From: Nitrospirota bacterium
GTDB lineage: Bacteria; Nitrospirota; UBA9217
DNA length: 64,000 nucleotides
NCBI GenBank assembly: GCA_963749655.1
Contig: CAVVOB010000019.1
Span: 96,001-160,000, forward strand
Direction of reading: 5' to 3'
A model generated the notes under the pieces. That model did no database searches. It was not told the origin of the DNA and was given only the letters and a program-made list of their open reading frames with translations. Positions within the stretch are counted from its first letter, which is position 1. Each line of letters opens with the position of its first letter. This document shows positions 47,986-58,420 of the stretch, piece by piece. The translations under genes were made by a program, and so were the position numbers.

Positions 47986-50001
47986 TCAGATACCGACCGG
48001 GATCAATTCCAGATGGCACCATTTGTCGCTGCTCATATTCACTGTCGTACATGTTCCGGTCCCGCTGCACCCCCCTGTCCATTGCACGTAATAACCCTGC
48101 GCGGGCGTGGGTGGCTGCGTTTCACAAAGCGTGACCGAGGTCCCGTTTGCGAATTCCGCGGTGAATTTGTCCGGGGCACCGGCTACCCAGTCGAAGCCGA
48201 AATTGATTCCCGTTGGCGAACTCGTGATCCCCCCGCCCCACCCGCCGGTGCTCACATTAAGGTAATGCATGCCGTTGCCTCCGCCGACAATCACTCCGCT
48301 GCTCCCGCTGTTTGTCCCACTGCTCGCATCGCAGCTTCTTCCGCTGGTCCCTCCGCAGCTCCTGGTGGTGAAGACGACACCACAGCCGACCGTGCAACCG
48401 TCCACCCATACCGGGCTTGTGCCAACAGAGGCGAAGCTAAACGGAACGCCTACCCCGGCGCCGCCGGGCACGATCATACCGGTCACCGTGCCGGATGACG
48501 ACAACATGCCTGACGCCGAGACCTGATAGGAAACAAGCTCATTGTTCGTATCAAGCACATAAACGAATTTGCCTTGCGGCTCAGCGACAAGGGCGATATG
48601 GCCGACCATTGCCCCGCTCCCGCTCAGTGCGGAATCTCCGAGAGTGAGAAGCCCGGTCGCTCCGTCGATCGTGTATACTTCCAGATTGACGTTGTTATAA
48701 GGATCCTGTTTGCCGACATAGAGGAACCGGCCTTCCGAATCCATGGCAAGGGAGGAGGGTTTTGCCGAAACGGTGACGGATTGCACGTAACTAAGAGAAC
48801 CGGACGCTGCATTGGCGTCGTACACGAGCACTGCGTCATAGTTGGAGCTGTCGCCGATGCTTCCCACGTATACAGACTGCCCTGACGGGTCCACGACAAT
48901 GGACCAGGGGGTGTCCGGAATCGCCACGCTGTCCGTGGGCGACGACGCGAACGCTCCCGTTGTCGCGTCTATGGAAAAAACCGTCACCGTACCTTGGTAG
49001 CCGTTGCCCACAGGCGTGCTCGTTCTCCATCCGTATGCCACGTATGCCCACGCGCCTGTCGGATCAATGGCAAGGGCCGTCGGCGGCGCGCCTCCAGAGT
49101 CTCCCGTGCTGACCGGTCCGGTCAGCGCCCCGGTGACGGGATCGATGGTGTAGACCGATATATCGGTGTCGGGGGAGCCGGATGGTCCGTAGTTCACGAC
49201 ATAGAGAAACTTTCCCGTGGGGTGAATGACTGCCGTGACCGGCTTTGCCCTGTTTGTCGATGTGGTCGACGATGCTATGGCAATTGGACCTGAAATCGCG
49301 CCGCTGAGCTCATCGAGGCTGTAGACTGAAACGCTGTACGGGTCCACGCCGTTAACCGTTGTGGTTCCCCCGCTCGTGACGTAGGCAAACCTGCCTGAAG
49401 GATGCGTCACAATGGAAAAGGGCTCGTCCCCGGTCAAGGCCGTACTCGTCGGACCTGAAAGCGCGCCCGTTGTGGTGTTGATCATGTACGATGCAATGCC
49501 GTTCGCGGTCAGCGCATAAATGTTCCATGGTCGAGTGGCCGCATATCCGGGAATTACCCAGGACAGGTTTGTTACGCTCGCCTCGAGCATGTTGCTGTTG
49601 AACGTTGACGGGATCTCCGCGAAAGCGCCGCCCAGTTCCGCTTTGTACATCTTCGGCGTTGCGTTGGGCGGCACCTGTGAGGAGTCGAAGGGAATGCGAA
49701 TGGTAACCGGCACGGCAAATGAAGTGCCGTGCGGCGTGATCTCATATGCCGCGCCTGCTGCGTTGACATCAGCGGGCGGGAAATCAGGCGCCGCGCTGCT
49801 GTCGCGGGCCACTGCGATATCGACGTTTGCCGACAGCGCGCCGGCCGGAATTATAACTTCCGCGCCGATGGGTCCGCTGACCGTGCCGCCTTGCGGACCG
49901 ATTCCGGTTGTGGCATTTGTCCCGCTGCTCGACTTGCTATTGCAGGAGCCGATGCTGAGACTGATGATAAGCACTGCTGCTATGGCAAATACTCTTTTCA
50001 T
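47986..50001 (-). CDS. Lipoprotein: ZU5-like domain + lactonase-like beta-propeller + Cys-rich tail
   Basis: Lipobox IGSC; IGPQGG...IPAGAL...PHGTSFAVPVTI; HPSGRFAYV repeats; WTGGCSGTGTC. Confidence 0.85.
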   Translation of the reverse strand: MKRVFAIAAVLIISLSIGSCNSKSSSGTNATTGIGPQGGTVSGPIGAEVIIPAGALSANVDIAVARDSSAAPDFPPADVNAAGAAYEITPHGTSFAVPVTIRIPFDSSQVPPNATPKMYKAELGGAFAEIPSTFNSNMLEASVTNLSWVIPGYAATRPWNIYALTANGIASYMINTTTGALSGPTSTALTGDEPFSIVTHPSGRFAYVTSGGTTTVNGVDPYSVSVYSLDELSGAISGPIAIASSTTSTNRAKPVTAVIHPTGKFLYVVNYGPSGSPDTDISVYTIDPVTGALTGPVSTGDSGGAPPTALAIDPTGAWAYVAYGWRTSTPVGNGYQGTVTVFSIDATTGAFASSPTDSVAIPDTPWSIVVDPSGQSVYVGSIGDSSNYDAVLVYDANAASGSLSYVQSVTVSAKPSSLAMDSEGRFLYVGKQDPYNNVNLEVYTIDGATGLLTLGDSALSGSGAMVGHIALVAEPQGKFVYVLDTNNELVSYQVSASGMLSSSGTVTGMIVPGGAGVGVPFSFASVGTSPVWVDGCTVGCGVVFTTRSCGGTSGRSCDASSGTNSGSSGVIVGGGNGMHYLNVSTGGWGGGITSSPTGINFGFDWVAGAPDKFTAEFANGTSVTLCETQPPTPAQGYYVQWTGGCSGTGTCTTVNMSSDKWCHLELIPVGI

Positions 50002-50104
50002 GTTTGCCTCCTGTCTGTTCGCTATTTTGTAAGTCCATCAAATGTCCATTCCGGACATGTCGAATCGTCAAGCACATTAACGTTCCCATGTTGCATTAAA
50101 ACGC

Positions 50105-50148
50105 AAAAACCCGTCCAATATGTCGTTTCCGACCATTGAACGGGCTTT
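50105..50148 (-). terminator. Intrinsic terminator/attenuator upstream of the surface-protein array
   Basis: Minus strand AAAGCCCGTTCAAT-GGTCGGAAACGACAT-ATTGGACGGGTTTTT followed by GCGTTTT. Confidence 0.7.
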
Positions 50149-50300
50149 AGTTGTCCCTGGAACGGGGGTAAAGGTGTCGTTCGCTTGTTATCGAATTATG
50201 TATGATGGAATGAAGAAACTTTACACAGCATGCGGTCAAATATCAAGGTACTATTCCCCTCGCATCAAATAAATTAAGGGTACTATTCACCAGCTCGTGA

Positions 50301-50516
50301 TTACTTCAGCGTCTCGCTTTTCCGGATGAACATGACGCCGCCGTTATTGAGCCCCACGGTCACCTCGCCCGTGTAGGCTTCATCGATGAGACCGACCTGC
50401 TTCAATGTTTCGGCAATCACCCTTTTGGTTTCTTTCACATCGAGGGCATTGTTCTTTGTATCGCATTCACACATTGCACACCTCTTTTCAACAAATTCCT
50501 TATTTATATTTGCCAT
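50301..50516 (-). CDS. Small protein, DUF2292-like C-terminus
   Basis: YTGEVTVGLNNGGVMFIRKSETLK; CxxCxC near the N-terminus. Confidence 0.65.
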   Translation of the reverse strand: MANINKEFVEKRCAMCECDTKNNALDVKETKRVIAETLKQVGLIDEAYTGEVTVGLNNGGVMFIRKSETLK

Positions 50517-50562
50517 GTATGCTTTCTGTTCACGATGTATGAACCGTCTGACTTGCCGTTGT

Positions 50563-50742
50563 CTATTCCATTTCTTTCTCCGCTTTCCTCTCTGTCATCT
50601 TGTTCAATATCGCTCTCAGTTCCTCGAAATTGACGAAAAACTTCTTCTCCTGGGTCTCGACGATCTCGACCACGCCGACAAGACTCCGGGCGTCCCCGGA
50701 CTCGCGGCGATAAACGCGGACTATGTAGCTTTCTGTTGACAT
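50563..50742 (-). CDS. 59-aa hypothetical protein (absent from the ORF track)
   Basis: Manual translation MSTESYIVRVYRRESGDARSLVGVVEIVETQEKKFFVNFEELRAILNKMTERKAEKEME*. Confidence 0.75.
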   Translation of the reverse strand: MSTESYIVRVYRRESGDARSLVGVVEIVETQEKKFFVNFEELRAILNKMTERKAEKEME

Positions 50743-50792
50743 GGTCTTGTGAGCGATCGGTAAACCGGCAATTTCCAGGTTTTATACGAGAA

Positions 50793-50826
50793 AATATATC
50801 ATGCCGGGGGTCACAAATAGGTCACG
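50793..50826 (-). promoter_or_regulatory. Putative SARP/OmpR-type direct-repeat operator and extended -10
   Basis: Minus strand CGTGACC-TATT-TGTGACC (11-bp period), then TG-A-TATATT. Confidence 0.5.
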
Positions 50827-50896
50827 GATGGGGGTGATAAATGGGCGAGGGAATATTTTTAACTGTTTGAATAATCTGGTGAAGCGAAGATAAGCC

Positions 50897-53800
50897 CTAT
50901 TTCTGCCTTTGCAGCACGGATTGATATAAAGCTTCCATTGCCTCGGAGGGCGGCAGACCGAAGATGGTCATAAGGGTATGCTTGCACCGGCGGTACGTGG
51001 TAATCGCTTCGTCATATTTGCAGAGCCTGATCTGGCAGGACATGAGCCGTTGGAAGAGCTCTTCACTCAGGCTGTCCGTTTCCATGGCCCGCTGGTAACA
51101 GGCAATGGCGCGCTCCCACTGCCCGGATTGTTCGAAGAGTTCGCCGGCCGCGTTGACCATCTTGAGGAACCTGCTCCTGAGGCGCTCGCGCATCGATACG
51201 GTCCAGGGTCTGCTTGCATCTCCGGGCAAATAACTGCCGCGGTAAAGAACCATCGCCCTTTCCATTAATTCGATGTCCGCCGGCGTCGGCTGTTTCTTCC
51301 TGTCCTTTTTTGTCTGTCCGGAGACTGCGGAGGCAGTCCGGGAAGCTTTCTGCACGAGCCTCTCGAACGCCCAGAAATCCACCCAGCAGGAGCGCGGATC
51401 GAGGCTCGCCTTTCCGTCCTCGATCTGGACCGTTCTCTCGTTCCCCAAAAGCTGCCGCAGGCGGGAGAGCGTCGTTGTGAAGGAGCTGTGCGCGGCATCG
51501 CCTTCCGAGTCGGGCCAGAGTGACCTCGGTGAGCTGTTCTTCGGAAACCTCCCTGCCGCCGTGCGACAGAAGGACCTTCAAAAGGTCGAGCGGCTTCTTC
51601 TGCGCCTTGCCCGGGAAGGTAACGCGCTGATCGTTTACCTGCAGCTCAAAGCCTCCAAGGGTCCGTATCTTCACGGGCCAGGGCCAGGTTTCGATGTGAA
51701 GATGGTGTTCTCCGGGAATGAGCGAGCGCTTGCGTATCAGTCGCCTCGCATAATCCGTTTCGATACCTGCCTCAAGAGCCCTTGCGCAAAGATCCGTCAT
51801 GATACCGGGCAACCAACCGGGGATATTCATGATTTCTTGTGCTCTGCCGATGGAGAACGCTTTTCGGAGACAGTCCATTCCGTAAGACGTGTGATCTTCA
51901 TCGCTCCTTTGTCCGATCTTTTTCTCCGTATTGGTGAAAGCCATATGCGCTTCGAACAGGAGCGACGTATATTGGAACAGCTTGCTGCCGGTCCGGTCAG
52001 CCAGATTTTTCCCGAGTGCGAGATAGCGCGCGGCCTGTTCATGGTCACCGAGTTCATGATGGATCAGGGCGCGGGTTGTGTAACAAAACGCCGTTGCAAA
52101 AGGGAAACCGACCACGGCCGAGACTTCCGTCATACGGGTAATATGTTCAAGCGCCCGCGGAACGTCCTGCTCCATGAGCGACAGCCACGCCGCCAGGAAA
52201 TAGAAATATTCGGCATCGAACGAACGCATGCGGGCGAGGTTCATCTTCATCCTGGCCAGGTATTCTCCTGCAAGCGCGGTATCGCCGATGCTCAGAGCCG
52301 CGGCGCAGCCGTGGCCGGCAATATGATTGTCCCAAATATGGATGCCGGTCTCTTCAGCCATGCGCAGACCGTCGGAGACAGAACCGAGTGACGATGCGAA
52401 GTCGGCGCTGGCCATGAAATCGTAGATCGCTTCAATGGTTTTGACGCTGATCGCCATCAGCGGGCTGATTTCACCTGATGCAACCTCTGTCCGAAGCTGA
52501 TCGACAACACGGGCGGACATGGACATGTTTCCCATGTAGAAATGATAAAAGGTCAGACACACGCCGGTGTACATCCTCAGGTTTCTGTCATGTCCTTTTT
52601 GCAGAAGTTCGAGGGCCTTCTCCTCCCATGCGCCTTTCTCAACATTCCAGGGCTGTCTGCACGCGAGGGCATTGAACATGCTCATGGTAACGCGTTCCTT
52701 TACTTCGGGTCCCGGATACGTCGGGTCGTCGGCAAGGACGCTGTTCAGCAGCATGATCTGATCATCAAGATAGCTGAAATCGTTCGCTTCCTGAAGGGCG
52801 ATATCGGATGCATTGGACCATGCGAGAAACATTCCGAACCGGTCGTTCAGCTGCCTGAACGCATAAAAAGTCCTATCAAATAATCTTCTGCTCTCTGCCG
52901 GCTGAAACGGTGCTATGCAGCATGCGCGCCAGAAGAGAAGATACGGAGTACCTTCGATTATTTCATCGGGTATGCTTGAGATCCAGCCCTCAAGGAGCGC
53001 GTATCTTCCCTGCGCTGTGAGCGACTGCGCACGTAAGAGGATCAACCGCACAAGGCTTTCCCAATCCCGCGCTTCCTGGAGCAATTTCACGGCGTCCTCG
53101 GCCCGGCCTGCGTTCTCCAGGAGCGAGGCCGCCGTGCGTCTTGTCTTCAAGAGTTCGTCCGGTGACAGCACGGTCCGCGCCCTCGACAGCAGGAAGTCCC
53201 TGAACATCGGGTGATACCGGTACACTGACTTCTCGCCCGACAACTTGTCGGTAAAAAAATTGTTTTTACTCAGACGATACAAACGCTGCCAGGACGTCGC
53301 GTCGCCTGTAAGCTTTTCTGCGGCTTCGGCGGTTATTTCCGGAAGGCAGGATGTCTTCAGGAGAAAATCCCTGGTCTCTGCATCCATCCCTGCAAAAAAC
53401 TCGTTCGAAAAATACGTAAAGATCTCCTCGGAAGCAAGATTCTTCAGGGGTGGAAACCCTTCTTCTCCGTACTTTGTCCGCTCGAGCATGAGGACAAGGC
53501 CTGCAACCCACCCGCCTGTCATTGCATGAAGAGAATCGCTCATGCCCTCGTGAATGTTCTCACGAAGCTTCGTTCGGACAATATCGCGTGATTCGTCCAG
53601 CGTAAGACGGATCTCCTCCCATCCAAGAAAACCGATGCGTCCGTTGGCGGTCAGATGGGCAAATGAAGCGGCCGGTTCTTCGCGGCTCAGGATGATAACG
53701 TGTATGCCCTCTGGAACCACTTCAAGCCCCTGAGCGATCACTTCATGAAAGAGTGAATTCCTGGGCGCGTCCTGATAGTTATCCAGAACGATCATGAATC

Positions 53801-55946
53801 CCCTTTTGCTTCCTTCTTTGCCGACGCCGGGCAAAGCGGGATTCAAGCGGCTGTAAAAATCGTTGAACCAACGTTTCGTGAACACCGGCACGCCGCCCAG
53901 GTACTCAGGCGAAAAAGGGGGGAGTGGCCTTCTTTTCCCCCCATCCGACTTCACTGTTGTAAGCCCCATATAATAGAAGAAGGTCGCGATGTCGCCATCG
54001 TCTTCATCCACGGTATACCAGATGCTGGGCGGGTTGCGCGAAGCGATATAACTTGCGATCAAGGTGGTTTTGCCCGACCCCGCCGGGCCCGATATCCAAG
54101 TCACCGGACGCTCCCATCCCTGCTCGAGCGATTCGAAGAGTCTTGTTCTTAAAAGAATGCTGGAAGCGATCCCCGGAGGCGTTATCTTGGCAATTGATGT
54201 CCTGCGTTGCTCTGCGTCAAGCAGGTATGTAACCTGGGATGCAGCCGCGCCCAACAGGCTTCTGTCTTTGTTCGAATACGCCGTGCCGTTCCATTTGGGC
54301 AGAAGAACGGCAAGATAGGAAACATCGTCTCCGAACGAGATCGGAGCGAACAGGGAATTTTCAATGTCTGATTTCGAGAGCGGTTCTGCCGGGATAATGC
54401 TTTTGACGACCTCATACCCGTAGCTCGGAGACTGACAGCCGTTGAAGTATTTCCTCATTTCCCTTGATGTTCCGGCAATTACTGCGGCTGTCGAGTCGGC
54501 CTTGTCGCCGTCGAGAAAAAAGACCGTTGCTGCAGCGCCCTGGAACTTCATAATGCATATGCCCGAAGGCCCGAGCAACTCCTTTGCAAAAAAGGAGAAC
54601 TTTTCCAGGGGAGAAACGCCGTCCCTCAGGCCGAGGCTGGTGATGAATCGTTGCGACTCAATTTCAACATCATAATCGCCTCGTTTAAATAACTTCTCAA
54701 CGATGTTCTTGACTCTGTTCCGGAGCGGAACATAAAGAAATACGATCAGCAGAACGGCAGCCATGGAATCATAAGGAGCCTTTTGTCCGAAGGGTATGAA
54801 CTTTGAGGCCAAACCGAGAAATACCAGTTCTATACCCTCCAGGATCGCGATGGTGAGACCGAAGATCACCGCCGCGTCGAAAATCCTGTCGATATCCATC
54901 AACCGGTATTTCGTCACGGCAAAGGCGAAACAAAGCGGATAGATTACCGTGGGCAGGACGGATATCTCTTCAGGAATGAACGAGAGTCCGAAGACGATGG
55001 GGATCGAGGTCAAACCGAGCCAGGCTGTAAGGCCCGCCAGCATGCCGAACACGACCCACTGGATCTGTCTCTTGTATACGATGTTCTTTTCTGCAAAAAA
55101 AACGTAGAGAAGATTCACAAAAAAAACAATGAGGCAGGTATCTGTGTAAAAATAGGTCGTTATATAGGTGCTCTCGAAAATTCCGGCAAGATGGACCGAA
55201 GCAAGGCCCGCATAGACGATATAAGGAGTGACTATGAGCCAGGGATAGCTGCTGAGGATTCTCTTTCTCCTCGGGAATATGAGCAGCATGTGGATAGCGG
55301 CGCTGGAGAACCCCTGCGAACCCAGGTTCCCGGTAACGAGCAATGCGTGAAATGATGATACTGAAAGAACTATGTCGCGATAGGCAAATGGAGCGAGACT
55401 GGCAAAACTTATACAAACAAAGAACCCTATCACGAAATTAGCCACGGCAATTTCGTGGTCGTTTCTTCTCAGCACAAGATAGGCGACTATCAGGAATGTC
55501 CAGCCTACGAGATAGAGCGGAAGGGTTCGTTTGAGCGCAACTCCCAGGGGGAAGTCTGCGGGGGTAAGCGTAACATCGAGAAGCGTTCCCGCTCTTTCCA
55601 TGCGAAGGCGAACAGGCCGGTCTGCGGAGATCGCTTCTGCAAGTATTCTTTCTTCTTCCCAGAAGGCGCGCTGGGCCTTACGGGTACGGTTATAGGAGGG
55701 GTCGAGGTTGAAGGCAATCGCCGATATCACCCTGCCATCGACTTCGAGCAGACGGTCCCCGGCGCTGATCTGTCCGAAAGCCGGGCTTCCCGCATCGACA
55801 CTTTTCACGATCGCGGCGTTGTCTTGGATGAACAGTCTTAAACCGGTATAGGGCGAACTGTGCAGGGAGGAAAAACCGAACAGGCTCAAGACTACATTCA
55901 AGCCGAAGAAAAGTCCTATAAGACTCTTTTTCAGATAGGGATTCAT
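50897..55946 (-). CDS. Membrane-anchored regulator: PDZ + multi-TM + GAF-like + MalT-type STAND ATPase/TPR + wHTH-BTAD; frameshift near 51520
   Basis: VDAGSPA...GDRLLEVDG (PDZ); AVTKYRLMDID; GPAGSGKTT, VLDNYQ, TGGWVAGL, YRYHPMFRDFL; IRTLGGF, LWPDSEG, WVDFWAFE, LYRGSYL, EELFQRLM. Confidence 0.85.
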
Positions 55947-56153
55947 GCGGTCAATATTTCTTCTTCATCTGCGAATCTAACTGAAAACGATATATATTCG
56001 TGAGGAAGGGTCAAGAGAACTATGAGCATGCTTTCCATCAGAAGTGTATGCGCAAAGTATAGTAGCTCTGTTCACGATTTGCAATAGTTATTCAGGCGGA
56101 ATAAAATCGGGGGTTTTATCGACGGAGGACATCGGTCCTGAGCACAAGGTGAC

Positions 56154-57362
56154 CTACTCGTACCGCAGCGCCTGGATCGGGTCCTGAAGCGCGGCCTTGC
56201 GCGCGGGATAGACGCCGAAGAAGACTCCCACGGCCACGGAGAAGGTGAACGCCATGAGGATGGACCAGAGTGAGACGCTTGTGGGGAGCACGGTGATGAA
56301 GACGGGTATGAGGAGCGCCAGGCCCACGCCGAGAAGGATGCCGATGATGCCGCCGACGCCGGAGAGGGTCATCGCCTCGATCATGAACTGGGCCATGATG
56401 TCGCGGTTGCGGGCGCCGATGGCCTTGCGGACGCCGATCTCCCGGGTCCGTTCGCGGACCGAGACCAGCATGATGTTCATGATGCCGATGCCTCCTACGA
56501 GAAGCGATATGCCCGCTATGCCGCCCAGGGCCGCGGTCAGGACGTCAAGGATCGTATTCATGGTCTCAAGCATGGCTCCCTGCGTCTGGATGGTGAAGTC
56601 TTCCTTGCGGGCGTGCCGGCGTGTCAGGATGTCCTTGATCTGGGCCACTGCGCGGTCCGTGTCCTCCGCCCGGGGAGTCGAGGCGATGATCTCGAAAAGC
56701 GCGTCGGTGTCAAAGAGTTCCTGCCCGCTCGTCACCGGGACATAGACGATGTCATCCACATCCATACCCAGGCTCGTCCCCTTCTTTGCCATGATCCCGA
56801 TGACGCGGTAGCGGGCGTCGCTTACGGTGACGACCTTGCCGAGGGGATTTTCCTGTCCGAAAAGCTCGTCCTTTACGGTCCTGCCGAGCACCACGACTTT
56901 TTCTTTGGAATCCACATCGCTTTGCCTGATGTAGGAGCCTGTCTCCACGAAGAGGTTCCGCACGCGTTGAAATTCAGGCACCGTGCCGATGATCATGTTG
57001 TCGCGGCTCTTGCTCTGGTATTTGATGGTCCCGGTGCCCAGGACAAGGGGCACCGCGTCGGTCAGGAGCCAGGCCCTGCGCTTCAGCGCCAGCGAGTCGT
57101 CATAGGTGAGCTTCCGCACCGTTCCGGCTGAAGGCGGATGAAATCCGCCTTTGGTCGAGGTCTTCCCGGGAGTGATAATGAGAAGGTTCGTGCCCAGGCC
57201 CGTCAGCTCCTTGGTGATGTAAACCTTGGCGCCCTGGCCGATGGACACGAGCAGGATCACGGAGAGCACACCGATGATCACTCCGAGCATGGTGAGGCTT
57301 GAACGGACTTTGTTCGAGAGGATCGCTTCGAGGGACACCCGAAAGGTTTCGAAAAAGTTCAT
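56154..57362 (-). CDS. MacB-like ABC permease
   Basis: RSSLTMLGVIIGV, GGIGIMNIMLVSVRERTREIG, DPIQALRYE. Confidence 0.93.
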   Translation of the reverse strand: MNFFETFRVSLEAILSNKVRSSLTMLGVIIGVLSVILLVSIGQGAKVYITKELTGLGTNLLIITPGKTSTKGGFHPPSAGTVRKLTYDDSLALKRRAWLLTDAVPLVLGTGTIKYQSKSRDNMIIGTVPEFQRVRNLFVETGSYIRQSDVDSKEKVVVLGRTVKDELFGQENPLGKVVTVSDARYRVIGIMAKKGTSLGMDVDDIVYVPVTSGQELFDTDALFEIIASTPRAEDTDRAVAQIKDILTRRHARKEDFTIQTQGAMLETMNTILDVLTAALGGIAGISLLVGGIGIMNIMLVSVRERTREIGVRKAIGARNRDIMAQFMIEAMTLSGVGGIIGILLGVGLALLIPVFITVLPTSVSLWSILMAFTFSVAVGVFFGVYPARKAALQDPIQALRYE

Positions 57363-57663
57363 ATATCAGTCCTTACACATTTTAACCGCCAAGGCGTAGC
57401 CTGCTGTTGCCAAAACGCGACTATAAACGAAGTCGCGGAAGTATAATTTTCACCCTCTCTGGATGGGAGGGGATCAAAGGGAGGGGGAAGTATTTGCGTT
57501 TCTTGCACACACCCGGCGGAAATCCTTCACGGCATGCTCAATCGTCCTCAGTACATTCGAAAACTCGCAGCGGGCTCAGACAGTTCGAAATGCTTGACCT
57601 TCGGACTTCTATCGCGTGCCTAAATTGTCTTCGCTGGGCGGCATAAAATTTTTCAAGCCTATA

Positions 57664-58344
57664 TCAGAGCCCCGTCACATCGTCCGATACGATCTGCCCG
57701 TCCTTCAGGTTGATGACCCGCTTGCACCGTGCAGCTACGCTCTGGTCGTGAGTGACGATGATGATCGTGACGCCCTGTTTGTTCAGGTCAACGATGATAT
57801 TCAGGATCTCGGCGCCCGACCGGGAGTCCAGGTTCCCCGTGGGTTCGTCCGCCAGCAGGAGCGGCGGGTTATTCACCAGCGCCCGGGCTATCGCCACGCG
57901 CTGCTGCTGGCCTCCGGAGAGCTCCGTGGGACGGTGATACATACGGTCCTTGAGCCCCACCTGCTCCAGCACGGGTATGGCCCGCTCGGTCCGCTCCCGG
58001 GATGAGGCGCCGCTGTAGATGAGCGGCATCTCGACGTTCTTGAGCGCCGAAAGCCTCGGCAGAAGGTTAAAGGATTGGAACACGAAGCCGATCTTTGCAT
58101 TGCGCACATGGGCGAGTTCGTCGTCGCTCAACGCGCTGATCTCCCGGGACTCGAAGGAGTAGGTGCCGCTCGTGGGCCGGTCCAGGCAGCCTATGATGTT
58201 CATGAGCGTGGACTTGCCCGAGCCCGAGGGCCCCATGACGGCGATGAGTTCGCCCGGCTTGACCGCGAGCGATACGCCGTTCAGGACCGTGAGGTCGACC
58301 TCGCCCAGGCGGTAGCTCTTGGTTATGTTGGAAAGAGAGATCAT
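57664..58344 (-). CDS. MacB/LolD-like ABC ATP-binding protein
   Basis: [25 protein letters not shown]. Confidence 0.95.
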   Translation of the reverse strand: MISLSNITKSYRLGEVDLTVLNGVSLAVKPGELIAVMGPSGSGKSTLMNIIGCLDRPTSGTYSFESREISALSDDELAHVRNAKIGFVFQSFNLLPRLSALKNVEMPLIYSGASSRERTERAIPVLEQVGLKDRMYHRPTELSGGQQQRVAIARALVNNPPLLLADEPTGNLDSRSGAEILNIIVDLNKQGVTIIIVTHDQSVAARCKRVINLKDGQIVSDDVTGL

Positions 58345-58420
58345 AGGTGGTGTTTCACAAAGACAATTAAGTAGCTATGACGGGGGAACAAGAACATTAC
58401 GAACACGTTTCGGGCCACGC

